Positions 1-12,300 of a stretch of 64,000 nucleotides of DNA are shown here, in pieces. The notes beneath the pieces were generated by a model. The model was not told the origin of the DNA and did no database searches. It saw only the letters and a program-made list of their open reading frames with translations. Each line of letters starts with the position of its first letter. The first letter of the stretch is position 1. Made by a program: the position numbers and the translations under genes. This DNA comes from Styela clava (Eukaryota). The stretch is taken from the NCBI RefSeq assembly GCF_964204865.1, contig NC_135250.1:27218001-27282000 (forward strand), in the 5' to 3' direction.

Positions 1-1022
1 TTTTTAAATAAATGCTTTTTCTTCCGAACAAGACTCTATATACAAAAAGCCACTGGAGTATCACACGACAGGCATCGCGCCTGGTGCCGAATCCAAAATA
101 TTCTGATCTTTCCGAATTATAGTGGTTTCCTACCTTGAAGTTATTGCTTATGCAGAGCTTTGTTCGCAAAAACAGCGTATAGATATGTCGTCAGAAAAAC
201 TCACAAAAAAATGAATGACTGCCATTTCGTTTCCACAAACGTCAGGAATTTAATTTTATTTAATGATACAACTCGATCACGCGGACCCTAATCTCTTAAA
301 TCTAATTTCGGAACCAACTCTTTTGACAAATAATATAATTATATAGAAAAAAAAACATATTCCAACACAATTTACCAATGACGAAATAAATGACGCCATA
401 ATCCAACCCTTTATGAGTTACAAAAAACAAGTAAATTACGAGTACAGGCTGCGGAAAGATGTAAATCAGATTTCACTAGTCGTTTGAATGATATTTATCA
501 CATTGCAGATCTAAGTCTTCCGTTGCGAAGTAATAGAAATTATATTATCAATTGAATGTTACCTGATAATTTGCATCGCAGCATGTGCGAATTATAGGAT
601 ATATACGTTTCCAACAATTTGAAGTTATGAATAATCTTTTTTTATAAATTAGGTATGTAGTTCTATCATAACGGGTTCGGCAAATAAAAAAATAGGAAGA
701 CATCTGAATGAAATATCTATTATTGCTGCTATCGTATACGTGTGATAAGTTGTGTACACTGTTTGTCGAGTCGAGTACTAATGAATATATTACAGGAAAA
801 TGGGAAATTAAAAAAATATACAAAATATAACCCGTACGTTAAAATTCAGACTACGGAGAGAGTGGACATTCGTGGACAAGCGTGGCGGGTGCGACCACCC
901 GTAATGGAATAAAAAAAATTTCCTTTTTAATTGGACAAATATGGGTGGAATATTGGGTCCCATACGACTCGAAGAAAATTAAAAAAATATACTAAACTGA
1001 TAAAATTTTCCAACAATTACTT

Positions 1023-1023
1023 C

Positions 1024-1054
<31 letters not shown>
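1023..1054 (+). repeat. (CAA)n microsatellite
   Basis: About 10 perfect CAA units. Confidence 0.95.
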
Positions 1055-1055
<1 letters not shown>

Positions 1056-1689
1056 AAAACAGAATCTGAAAAAAATATCCATATACCATGCACACTTGCC
1101 CAATGATGATTTTTTAAACACATGACGTCGTTTATAATGTTGCTAACCCGACAGATTGTAATCTAATCTACAAAATTGCGATGTTTTCGTGCCCAATTAC
1201 TCAGTAAAGCTGTGTTGTCACTCGAAATCGGCTTTAGAAAATGTCAAATTAAATTACACCGTGTACGCACACCTGTATGACATACTGCCATCACCAACAA
1301 AATTAGTTGATGTGACCATGAAATCAAAACCAAAACAGGCACAGCTTAGAAACCGACGTCAAAAGATGGTCCATAATACTGGAGAGTAAAAAAGGCCATT
1401 TCTGAAAAATGTGACTTGAGCTCATTTGGATTTACTTCGGCGATGTAAGGATATAAATAACATTTGTGCAAGAAGGGTGAATTTTTTATTATAGAGTTGC
1501 GATTAGACTCATTTATTAAGGATAGAATACGAAATTTTTAGTCCGACTGGGGGTAGTAATATATTGAGCTGTCTTTCCTTTCTCCTTGTCTACTTTCTAC
1601 TTCGGATCCGCATGTGACCGTTGCCGCACAAAAATGCTTGAACAAAATTATTATATTACATTTTATCAATATATCATTGCTTACATAGG

Positions 1690-2270
1690 AATAAGACATA
1701 AGTGAACTGTTGTGCCAAACTGACTAAAATAACGCCTCCATTAAAATTTATCCTTCTTGCCTCGATTGAACTATCTGAAGCCATGAATTAAGCCAAAAAG
1801 TTGAGATAGGCAAACCGATAAAATTTGTAATATAATTATTAGTAGGAAGAGCGAACTATTCTACCAAATCGGCCTCAACAAATAATGATTTTAATAAAAT
1901 ATACGCCTTTTGATCTCAACTGTGCTATCTGTAGTTTCGGATTAGGCCAAAAATGGAAATAGGCTATTTAATTGAATTTATATAATAATCGTTAGTTACA
2001 TATACGTAAAGTACTCTATCAAGCTGACATAATAAAATGTTTCTTTTATCAAAGAGATAAAGTTTAATTTTAATTGCGGTATGTAGTACAACCATTTGAT
2101 ATCATTATGATATTGTAATCATTGATAGCATAAGTGAACTATTTCATCATTCATTTGAAATATTGCTTTCATCAAAATTCATGCCTTCTAACCTCAATTG
2201 CGCTATCTGAAGTTACGAATTATTATAAAACGCTAAAATAGCGCGATCAATTAAATTTATATTACAGTCA
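1690..2270. repeat. Three degenerate direct repeats
   Basis: Shared blocks 'cataagtgaact' (x2) and 'aaaat..a.gcctt....ctc.a.tg..ctatctg.ag' (x3, near 1745, 1900, 2175). Confidence 0.6.
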
Positions 2271-2355
2271 ATAACACCATAAGTCAAACTGAGCATCATA
2301 GCTCACAAATTGCACCTACCAATATATCTTATGTTTACAGTAATATCCACTGAAG

Positions 2356-2591
2356 GGTGCTCCCGAAGTATGTGAACCAAGATGGCGGACATCGGAACGT
2401 AACATGGGTAACAGGTTAGGGTTAGGCGATAATTTTTTTCTAATTTTCCTTATTTTAGTCCTATTATCAGTTCGAAGACTAGCCAAGTGCCTCTCGTAGT
2501 ATTTATACCTAAAATTATGGCCTAACCCTAACCTAGTACACATATTACATTCCGATGTCCACCATCTTGGTTCGCATACTTCGGGAGCCCC
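2356..2591. mobile_element. Merlin-like MITE, symmetric subtype A
   Basis: GG...CC ends, ~75-bp TIRs containing CAAGATGGCG and GGTTAGGGTTAGG; exact 8-bp TSD CACTGAAG. Confidence 0.85.
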
Positions 2592-2907
2592 CACTGAAGT
2601 ATGATATAATAGCAGTGACTTCATATCTTAATTAAAGGTTGAACAATAAATTTAAATTCTGAAATAATTGTTTTGATTAAAATAAAACTAATGGGATAAC
2701 AAAATGACATAACTCTCGAAATAATAAATATATTTATATATACAACGATTATTTTTGTTATGAAATATATACAGGAATTTCGCCTCGAACCTTCTTTTAA
2801 ACAAACCCGCTTATAAAACAGAAATGCTTCCGCCGTCAGCGGGATAAGAAGTTCACGAGCCAGTCATCATGTCACAGGGATAAATTAGACCAATAAGTGA
2901 ATAAAGC

Positions 2908-3119
2908 GGCGCTCCAGAAGTATGTGTACCAATATCGAGGTAACTAATTTTGGTCGCCTACTTTACATCATCAAGTTGTGTAAAGGAACGGAAGCCTATG
3001 TGGATATATTTACTTGGCCAACACAGAGAGTCCCCAAACTCATTATATAACTGAAATAAGAAAAATCGGAATAAGATTATGACCTAACCCTAACTGGGTA
3101 CACACACTACGCGAGTACC
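2908..3119 (+). mobile_element. Merlin-like MITE, subtype B
   Basis: GGCGCTCCAGAAGTATGTGTACC...GGTACACACACTACGCGAGTACC; TSD AATAAAGC/AATGAAGC. Confidence 0.85.
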
Positions 3120-3151
3120 AATGAAGCAATAAACAGTAAGACCACACTAAC

Positions 3152-3413
3152 CTCCTCCAAATGCACGGTTTTTGAAAATACCATCTGGGTCGCATATTAA
3201 TCCAGGCTCCGATATACCACAGCATTCAGGACAATATCGGGGGTCGGGCATATCCTCAGCAGTCCATCCGGTTTCGACTGTTTCCGAAATAGTTTTGTTG
3301 TCAGATGTGGAAGCTGACGACGCAGAATTGACAACCGCTGCCGCAATACAGTGATTAGTGGTAAATGTGAATATTGCGAGTAAAACGAGCGTGTTTATCC
3401 TGCCAGAGATCAT
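3152..3413 (-). CDS. First coding exon of a MOLO-1/TPM-domain-like secreted or membrane protein (partial; downstream exons not identified)
   Basis: ATG at 3413 in aaaaATG context, hydrophobic signal-peptide-like start (LVLLAIFTFT), then WTAEDMPDPRYCPECCGISEPGLICDPDGIF. This matches the W-x5-P-x-P...C...CDPD signature of the MOLO1 family as I recall it. Ends at a G|GTTAGT donor (phase 1). Confidence 0.65.
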
Positions 3414-4424
3414 TTTTATTTATATGTTTAAATTTTAGCTTGAAATATAAAACGAAAATACGATAAATAATGTTTCGATACAGAGAATATCGTTATAAAT
3501 ATCTTAGCTCAAAGCCCACCAGCACGCATGTTCTCCGCCCTACGCGTTCATGGTTTGATAACTACTGCCTATATTTCTATATTGAAGCGAACATTGGTCC
3601 TAATACCCAGCCTCATAGTTCGAAAGTGCAAACGAATATGTGAAAACCCTACCTTTTTAAGCTCTCACTTAAGCTCTGAAGTAAACTAACTAAATAATGT
3701 TATGAATACTGATGTCGTGGATAAGGCGGTCGCAATGCCAAACGGCTGCCAAATCGCGCGAAGAGAGTTTATTTTGTTTGTCAAACAATGTAACACGCAA
3801 TATATGTATACACACATAAAATATAAATAAATTAACAGATGCTTTTGGTATATGAATGAGAGGTAACGATACGACTTGTTGGTGTCATCAAAGTTTATTG
3901 CCACCAAAAGGACGTGAAGTACAACTACCTCATCTCGAGATTTTAATTTTTTGGGTCGATTTTTCTCTCTTTTTTCTCTCTTTCAGTATATACCTATAAC
4001 CGCTATATAGACATACTAGCATGTGGAGTCGGAGTCCACTACACCAATCTAAAAGTTGACTCGCTCCCTGTTCTATCCTATTCTTTCATATAAAGAATTT
4101 TTTGGACCTAACACCCTTTGATACGCGGTTCCATTAACGCAGCCTTTCGCCTGCGGCACTTTTATGCTTTTGCTAAGGACATTTACAAGTACTAATAACG
4201 GTAATTTAACATATCCATTATATCCGTATGAACCAAAAGGTCGACCAATTGTCTTTTATAAATCCGCACCGATGTAACTTAATACGAGAGCGTTCACATT
4301 CGTACGCTATAATTTGGTTTTATGTCTTTTTACGCTCATTTTTTCAGCGTTTCAGAAGGTGAATAGGGTAAATATCGCGACCTGAAATTGAGGACAAATT
4401 TGCTCAGCTGGACAAGGCCAAATT

Positions 4425-5280
4425 CTCGTTCAATTTTAGCTTAGGTTGTAGTGAAATATGACCAAAAATTGTAATGGAAGACCAAAATACCTGGCTTTAA
4501 CATTATAAAATGAACTTCAGATTAAATCATACGACCGGATGGTAGGCGTCATTCGCCATTTGAATAAGTCTGCATTTAGCCCATTAAAAAAATTTCAAAT
4601 TCTTATCCTGTCCACACGTCCAACATTTCTTCCCGTTTGAGCTGGCCTGTCTGATGAAAGCTTGTAAAATAACGTAGATGTTCGGCAGGTTTGCGAAGGT
4701 TAAGAATCACTGTACTATACTTGGTTAAATATCGACCGCCTAACTATTCTATCTTATTCTTTTAAAATTTGAATAAAGAAACTTTTACGTCTGACACACA
4801 AACTCGCATAGACGCAAAATGTTCTATTTTGGAGTTAGTGAAAATCGACCGGGCGATGCCAAAATATCATATATAGACTACACCAGAATAGTTTTATATT
4901 AGTTCAGACTATAATGAAATATTACCATTAGTTGTGATGGCAGACTAAAATACCTGGTCTTAACAAAAGTAAACTTTCGACAACGCCATATGATTATTTA
5001 AGTCGTCATATTGGTAATTGAGTTCCGTACATTTGAACCCACGAAATTGCACCTGCATACTATTGCACATGTAGAATTTTTTTGTTTTGCGGATATTTGA
5101 ACCCATACTAACCCTAACCCATGGGTTTTAACACCCGCATATAGATTTAACCCGCGGATATACACATGGGTTCAAATGTACGAACACCTGGTGACTGAGT
5201 AAATGCCGCAAGTCTATCCCAAAGTCCCACGCTTCCTACCAATCGGGGCTTTGCTACCGATTAAGCTGACCTGTCTACAG
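4425..5280. repeat. Degenerate tandem duplication upstream of the MOLO-1-like gene
   Basis: 'tgaaatat.acca...ttgt.atgg.agac.aaaatacctgg' near 4452 and 4915; 'agctg.cctgtct' near 4640 and 5264. Confidence 0.6.
5020..5188. mobile_element. Small MITE with TIRs and TAACCCTAACCC (possible further Merlin-like subtype)
   Basis: CGTACATTTGAACCCA...TGGGTTCAAATGTACG inverted repeats; ends in ACACC; degenerate 8-bp TSD (TGGTAATT/TGGTGACT). Confidence 0.6.
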
Positions 5281-8200
5281 AGAATAGAGCTCTGGTTATG
5301 TTGTAAAAAGGCTACCCAAGTCTTATAATTTACGCAAGGAGAGTTCTGTAATCACGTAAAAATCCGAACGCATCTGCCTGTTTCGTGAAACTTCCTATAA
5401 CGTGATTAATCCATCGATTTGTCAGCGTAAAATTCAAGTTCGCAAAACAGTCTTTCTGACGACATAACCGCGATGTCGATTCATTGCGATTGAGCTGTCT
5501 GTTTAGGACGGTTGAGCGTAGCAGACCCCTTTAGTCCACTTAGATTCTGTTTTGAGCAAAATTATGACCTCTAAAATTATTGATAAAAATATAACAACAT
5601 TACCGTCATGATGTATTCGTGTTTATGTTGTATATATATATATTTTTGTTTATATGGGACACTTATTTAATTTGTTCTGCCGTATCTGGTACTGTGTAAA
5701 TATCCGTTTTATTATTATCATGCGATTCCGATAACCCATTACATGTACAGGAGAAAATATATCTATTACTCTCGTCTCCGACCGTTATGTCTGATGCTTT
5801 TGCTGCTTTGAGTTAGTTGCCGTATCAATGAATGACCAATCTTGGGTCTTCTGATCCAACAACCACAGCAGCAAAAACCTATCTGGGACAAATTTTAGTA
5901 ACTTATCTGCTGGTCACACTGGGATAAAACAACCTTTCCTGTTCACACAGCATTGATTACAGCCATTGATGTATAGAAAATATATTTTTATAAACGCTAT
6001 TTGAGTCATTATAGGCTAACGATACATAATGTCAAATTAGAATAAAACTTTAAAACAGTGCGATCAAATCTGATGACGATATACGCTTGATAATATAAAA
6101 GATACCGGTTAACTAGTTTGGCACAAAAGCTTTCATGAAAAGCAAGAAACATGCTAACATGAGTGTATATTAATATCAAAATTGTTTTTGTAATGTTTAT
6201 AGACCCAAATTGAATTTAAAAAGGTATAAAAATATACGTTATAGAATAGCTTTCTATATGGTTTCATGCCAAGCACATGTTAGTTTATATTTCAACAAAA
6301 ACTAATTCAGAATCAAAGCAGGGCATAAAATAAAAATTAAATACACATAGAAATTTGAAATTAAGTTTCATTACTAGGGTGTCTATCATATAAAATAATA
6401 CTGTACTGTATTGTAATTATTAACAATACGTTTCCATCGATATGTAGGATATACAATAGTTTGGCAAATATGATCCACATGTCTCGAACTCACTACTCTA
6501 TGTTTTACCATCGAGGATAAAATGAAAAATTGGTTCTTTACAAAAAAAAAATTATAGTTTTCACTCATTTATGCGTAAAAACACGTATTCATATCTATGT
6601 CAGGTTGTAGAATCTATATTTCCAATATAATAATACCGGAATATTGGTATTAAAAGATATCAATACAATTAAAAAAACAATATCATTTTCGATAAATTTT
6701 TGCGAAAGTACTCAAAACCTCAAAAAAAGGACGCAATGAAGTGTTTGACGATATTGGCAATTCTGTTCGCCATTATAATCGAGGTCTCGCTGGATGAATA
6801 TAACATTAAGCTGGAAATTTTGACGTGGGTTCTGTACAAAATGAATATCATATTTTACTTATTTTTAGTTATTACGAAAATACCCTAAAATCAAAAAATT
6901 AAATCGACTCGATAAAGGTCTTTGACGTTACCTTAGCATTTGAATATTTCTGTCCGTCATTGGAATCTAAGTTTTGCTTATCGAATACTTTCATAGATAT
7001 TACAAGTTTCGAAGAGGATTGGGATAAGAAGTAGCTGAGCTAGAAGTAAAACAAAGCTATTTTCAAGTCGAGCCTACAAAACGCAAAATTTCTAATAAAT
7101 TTAAGCGTCACAGTGGAGATAAGAACGTGCCTTATTGGTGATAAATGAAGCTACGATAACATAACACTTCTACCGGCGCAAAGGACTATATAGTTGAGCA
7201 TTTTGTTGCTAGAATTTATAAACTACTACTCGGAATAAAACACATAATGAAAAGGTAAATAACGCAAATTATATCTACGTGAATTGATATAAAAAATAAT
7301 TACGATTTTTAAAAAAATTGAGAAAAAAAATTCATCAGGACTTATTACAATAAAAATGGGAAGCTTAGTGTAGTCTTAAAATTCGTTGAAAAGAATTTTT
7401 TTTATGTTATTTCGAAAGTGTACATTGCTGCAGTAAAACTGAAGTTTAGCTGATTTCACATTTTTCATAAATAGGCTTCTGCCAATATGGACTAAGGGCA
7501 TGGGTTCAAAAGATGTACATTCTTTAGTATTATGTCCATTTTCAGGTTTGGCTGTGCAGATTTAAAAATAACACAAAATTGCGTTTTTTCTCAGAACCAT
7601 AAATTGTGACATAAGCAAATTTGGTTTTACTGCAACAATATATGGGATATGGGTAAAAGATATCAAAATATTGGTTTAAACACAAAAAAAAAGTAAAATT
7701 TTTTTTTATTGGGTATATTTTTTGAATTTAAATTACAAAACTTAAATTACTATGAAAAATTAAAATTAAATCTAATTTAAATGTGTATTAAACATGTAAA
7801 AGGTGAATATAATGCTACAAAAACAGTGAGGGAGATCCTTTCAAATTAGTCTACAAACAGATATAAAACATATTGAATTGTTCAAAGTCTTACATCACAC
7901 CATCATATATTTTATACTGTAACGTTCAATCTGACTAAAGTCAGGCTTCTTCATACAAATAGTTCACATTTATGATGGGAGAACAAATTTAACCATACAT
8001 TGTGCCAACTAGATAAGTATTCTGATAATATAACGAGGCATTCCCGAATTTTCAACGCCACCAGCACCTAATAACTTTCACGAAGACAAGTATATTGACC
8101 ACCGATCCTACAGTTTGTCTATTAATTAATACAGTACTAAGTAAATTCCATTCAGAAAACTATTACTTCGAAAGATTCCACCTTCCATGAGAAATATTCC

Positions 8201-9334
8201 ACATAGTTAGAATATTTGTAGGAATAGTTTCATGGTCCCAATCGCCATTTGAATGGACTCCACGCAGGTGTATTGAACGGGCTGCCATTTGATAGCAAGT
8301 TTGATTTTAAGTGAGCTACACAATACGTTTACTGTTAATAAAGTTTATCACTTCACGGCAAAATGCAACCCTAACAATGACCATTTATATATTCTTCTTG
8401 AGAAGAATTTTCGGAAACCGCAAAATCTTTTCCAATAGCATTACTTTTTGATCGTTTAATCGACGCGTCCTTCCTTCGACAAAAATAGATTTGTTCATAC
8501 ACAAAGTGGCAATTATAAGTTTTAATTGTTGAACACTAATTATATATTAATTTAAAAGTCTATCTGAAAATTGACCAAAATTATTCTGTACGCGGTTATT
8601 TATTATTTTCTACCATATATCCGTTCACATATTATATTATATAAATCAAAATAACAGGTGTTGCTAAGTTAAAATATAAAACTTATTTGCTATTTGCGCT
8701 ATCTGGTTGGAATTTGAGTTTGAAAGTAAAAAAAAAATCATAAGATAAACATATAAAAAGATAGCTGAACTAACTTCCTAAGCCACACTAGTATTCATAT
8801 TGGGAATAATTACAGTGTCGAAAAAATATAGAAATTAAACACTACACTAGTAATATAAGGCTATGTACAAAGCTTCAGTTCAGTTACTAAAATATAAAAG
8901 TAAAAATCATCCTTAATTATCCTTATGGATTACCTACATTTACAAATACTTACTGTGTGACAATCGTAAATGCTATTCCTCAATTTCTGTATGCTAATAG
9001 AGTTTCCGATTCCGTGGGATACTGCTCTAAGTGAGCGATTGGGACTATTGTCATATTAGGAATTTCAAGTAAGAGATATAAAGTAGAAACGTGGCGTCAT
9101 AAAGCATGACGACATAAAACGATGACATCATAATACCATCACTTAAGGATCATGACCCATAATTAAATACTACAGCCATTTACAGCCACACTATATTTAA
9201 AAGAAATCGCAATCAAGAAGTTCGGATAATATAAAAATAATAGAATTGTATTTAGATAATTTAAGCTTTGATATGTTTTAATTTCCACGGTATTTTTTCC
9301 GTTCTTTTGTTTGTATAGATGTGATATATTCTAT

Positions 9335-12300
9335 TTATTCCCAAGCCATTATAATCTTGCTGAACGGAGCAAATATTCCTTTGTTTGGTGGGCTGCAAAA
9401 ATAAATATCAATTATGATAGGTATAAAATTACATACAAAATACATAGGGTACGACTATCATACCTATCCCAGGTAGAATGAAATCTAATGAAACGGCTTA
9501 ATGATACGGCAAACCGCGGCCTCTCACCCAGTTATCTGTAACCAAATATTCGTTTCAGATGAATGAACTTGGACGCTTTATTTTGACAAAAAAACACCAT
9601 TATTATTCATTTCATTTTTGCGCTGACTAGCAATTTGGACATTGAGAGGGTTTATTTAGTGTTAACTAAAGTTTATCTCCGATAAAGTTTTGAAAGAGGG
9701 CGACCTCAATCTAAAGAAATCAACGGATGCTATCGATACCAATATTTCACTTCATCGCTACAATGCAGACCACAAAGTGTCGTGCAAGAGCTAGTACCAT
9801 TCTAATTCAAGATGAAAATCCTGAGATACAATTGGGGGTACTCTCGTAGTATATGTACCAGGTTAGGGTTTGGCCATAATTTCATTCAGATTTTCCTTTT
9901 TTAGTTCGATTACTAGTTCGGGGACTGTCTGTGTTTGCCAAGTAAATATACCCCCTGCCCATAGGTTTGAGTCTTTTTACACAAGTTGATGTAATATAGG
10001 CGAACAAAATTAGTTACCTCAACATTGACACACATACTTCTGGAGCGCCCAATTCGGGAAATACCAAAAAGGTAGCTCGTAATATATAACGAATATACGA
10101 ACTTACCAACTGAAATACTTCGAGCCTTGAAACGTTCCACAATGCTTCCCGTCTGTAAAAAATAAAAATAAATCAGTTGATGGGATTATTGCTTGTTTTG
10201 AAGGTGTCTAGTCAGAGAGCCTAATGGCAACGACTATAACGTAATTTATATATATATGAAGAAGCTTTGCACTGGTGTGCCATTGGTTCTCACAGAGTCA
10301 CTCACGCCCTATTTATTTCCAGGCAATTTCGTTTAATACCAGAATTAAAAACTTTGACTCAACTGTCTTTCATGAAGTTTTGTAAGACTTTTCTATGGAA
10401 ATAACATTCAAGAGGTCAAGCCGCTTGAAAAGATCATTAAGATCATTAATTGTCATGACACGAAGACTTAATCAATCAACGCTAATGGACCACCCGCCAG
10501 TATATTCGATTTTTATCGAGGTTTTCATCACAGGTACTGATGTCTAAAAACTTCTACAGCTTTGAGAAGACTTCAATATTTATCAATGATAATATTTTCC
10601 AATCAAATAAAACATAGCTCACCAAAATTATCTGATTCAACTCCGACAAATACTTCCGATCTTCCCGGTAGATGACCGACGTATTTCACGTTGCCACGAC
10701 TCACTTTTCCACCGGGCCTTGTGAATTTAATTGCATATCCTAACTTGAGATCGGATGGATTTCTTGGCGCAAATGCACGTCTTGGAAGTGACCGACTGAT
10801 TTCTGGAGGATACCTGAAATTGGTAGATAAATGAAGCGTTTTAATGCAAGAGATGACCTTTTCAGAAATGAAAAAAGAAAAGTGTAGCTGAATATATGTA
10901 GCTGTTATTCCGGAATTTGGTGTCGTATTGCCAGTTCAAGAATGTGCAAGCTGATCCATATCACATGTTAAACCTCGTTTTATTGACTAAAGTATGCCAT
11001 AATCAAACAGAAAGATTCCGGTTTTCCCAAATGATCGCACCAAAATACCCAAGTTATTGTTTAATCTGGTTGTAATAAATATGGACAAATATGGCAAACC
11101 AGGCCGATTATTTCGAACTCAGAAACTATCTGGATGCCTACCCAGAGCCTTGTTAACGACGATACACTTCGTACAAAGAATAAAAAATACAACCAATTTT
11201 TTGCATAAACCAAATATCTGCCGTCGAAATGTATTATGAATTCAGATTGTATTACATATAAAGAATTCCGAAAGTCGATAGGCGCATGAAATGACTTACT
11301 CAGTTGAGCATTTAGAAGACTTCGTTTGTGACGACATATTACGTGGACTGCAGGATCTCTGTCCTCTATTGCAGGGGCTGACAGATCTTTGAGCTCTGGT
11401 CCGAGGGCTGATGGATCGATACCCGGCTGCACCAAGAGGAGGGGATGTTGATCTAGAACGAGATGTTGGAGTGATTCTTCCGCCACCAGACCTTCTTGAA
11501 CAATCCCTAGATCGCCCTGGAGAACCTGAAATAAAAAGGATCTTTTGTAAGAAAGTTCGGAGTATCGTGTTTGTAATTATACATACGACAAAACGCCAGT
11601 GCACAGTTTTTCGTTTCAAATAGTGAAATATAGAAAAGGAGAACGTATTTACAATTCAAAACGTTAAATGCCGCTAGTTTTGGAACATTTTTGGGTACAT
11701 TACATGCTATGAGCTATATGTGTATATCAGTCGTTTTTGCGGCATGTCCTTGAATAGTCCATAAATTTAATTCGTCAAGTCTGAAATGACCCGTACGCCG
11801 TAACAACACCATACAATTATATAGTATTCCTTGTCACTCATGGTTGGTGTCTTATATTAAGACAATATAAGGGCGAGACTTGAACGTATGTTTCGATTTT
11901 TTAATGAATTTAATATGTTGAAAAACCAATTAATATGGGGTGTTTTCACAATGTATAAAAAGTATAAAAAGGAAACCAACTTTCAACATATCAAATTCTA
12001 CTTCTTCTAATACCAGTTCGTTAACTTGATGATAAATTAGCAATAAATCAAAAATGGAAATATTGGATTGATTGCTTAAAAAAACTTTTTTTTAATTTAC
12101 CGTATTTAGTATTCAAGTAGGTAAAAACGTAAGACGTATAGCTTTTCGGTTGCGCGATTTCTTAGAGTACATTAGGCAAAAAGATTAAAATGTCACGTCG
12201 AGCAAAACTCATCGTATTTCGCATGCGTATTTCTGGCGAGTGGACGTCGGTTAGTTAAAGAACTGACGGCCACTCAAGCTCAACATCGTTAGCAATGGCC

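Noticed and set aside
548-823. ORF as exon 2 of the MOLO-1-like gene (777-563 has AG/GT and a compatible phase)
   Set aside because: The translation shows no TPM/MOLO1-like pattern and has non-coding-like composition; not supportable without transcripts.
2414-2426. TTAGGG motifs as a telomere or interstitial telomeric array
   Set aside because: Only about two units each, always at the same position inside MITEs.
2316-2624. ORFs over MITEs (also 14346-14597, 48652-48834, 59378-59578, 49348-49953)
   Set aside because: They fall entirely within repeat copies and are chance frames.
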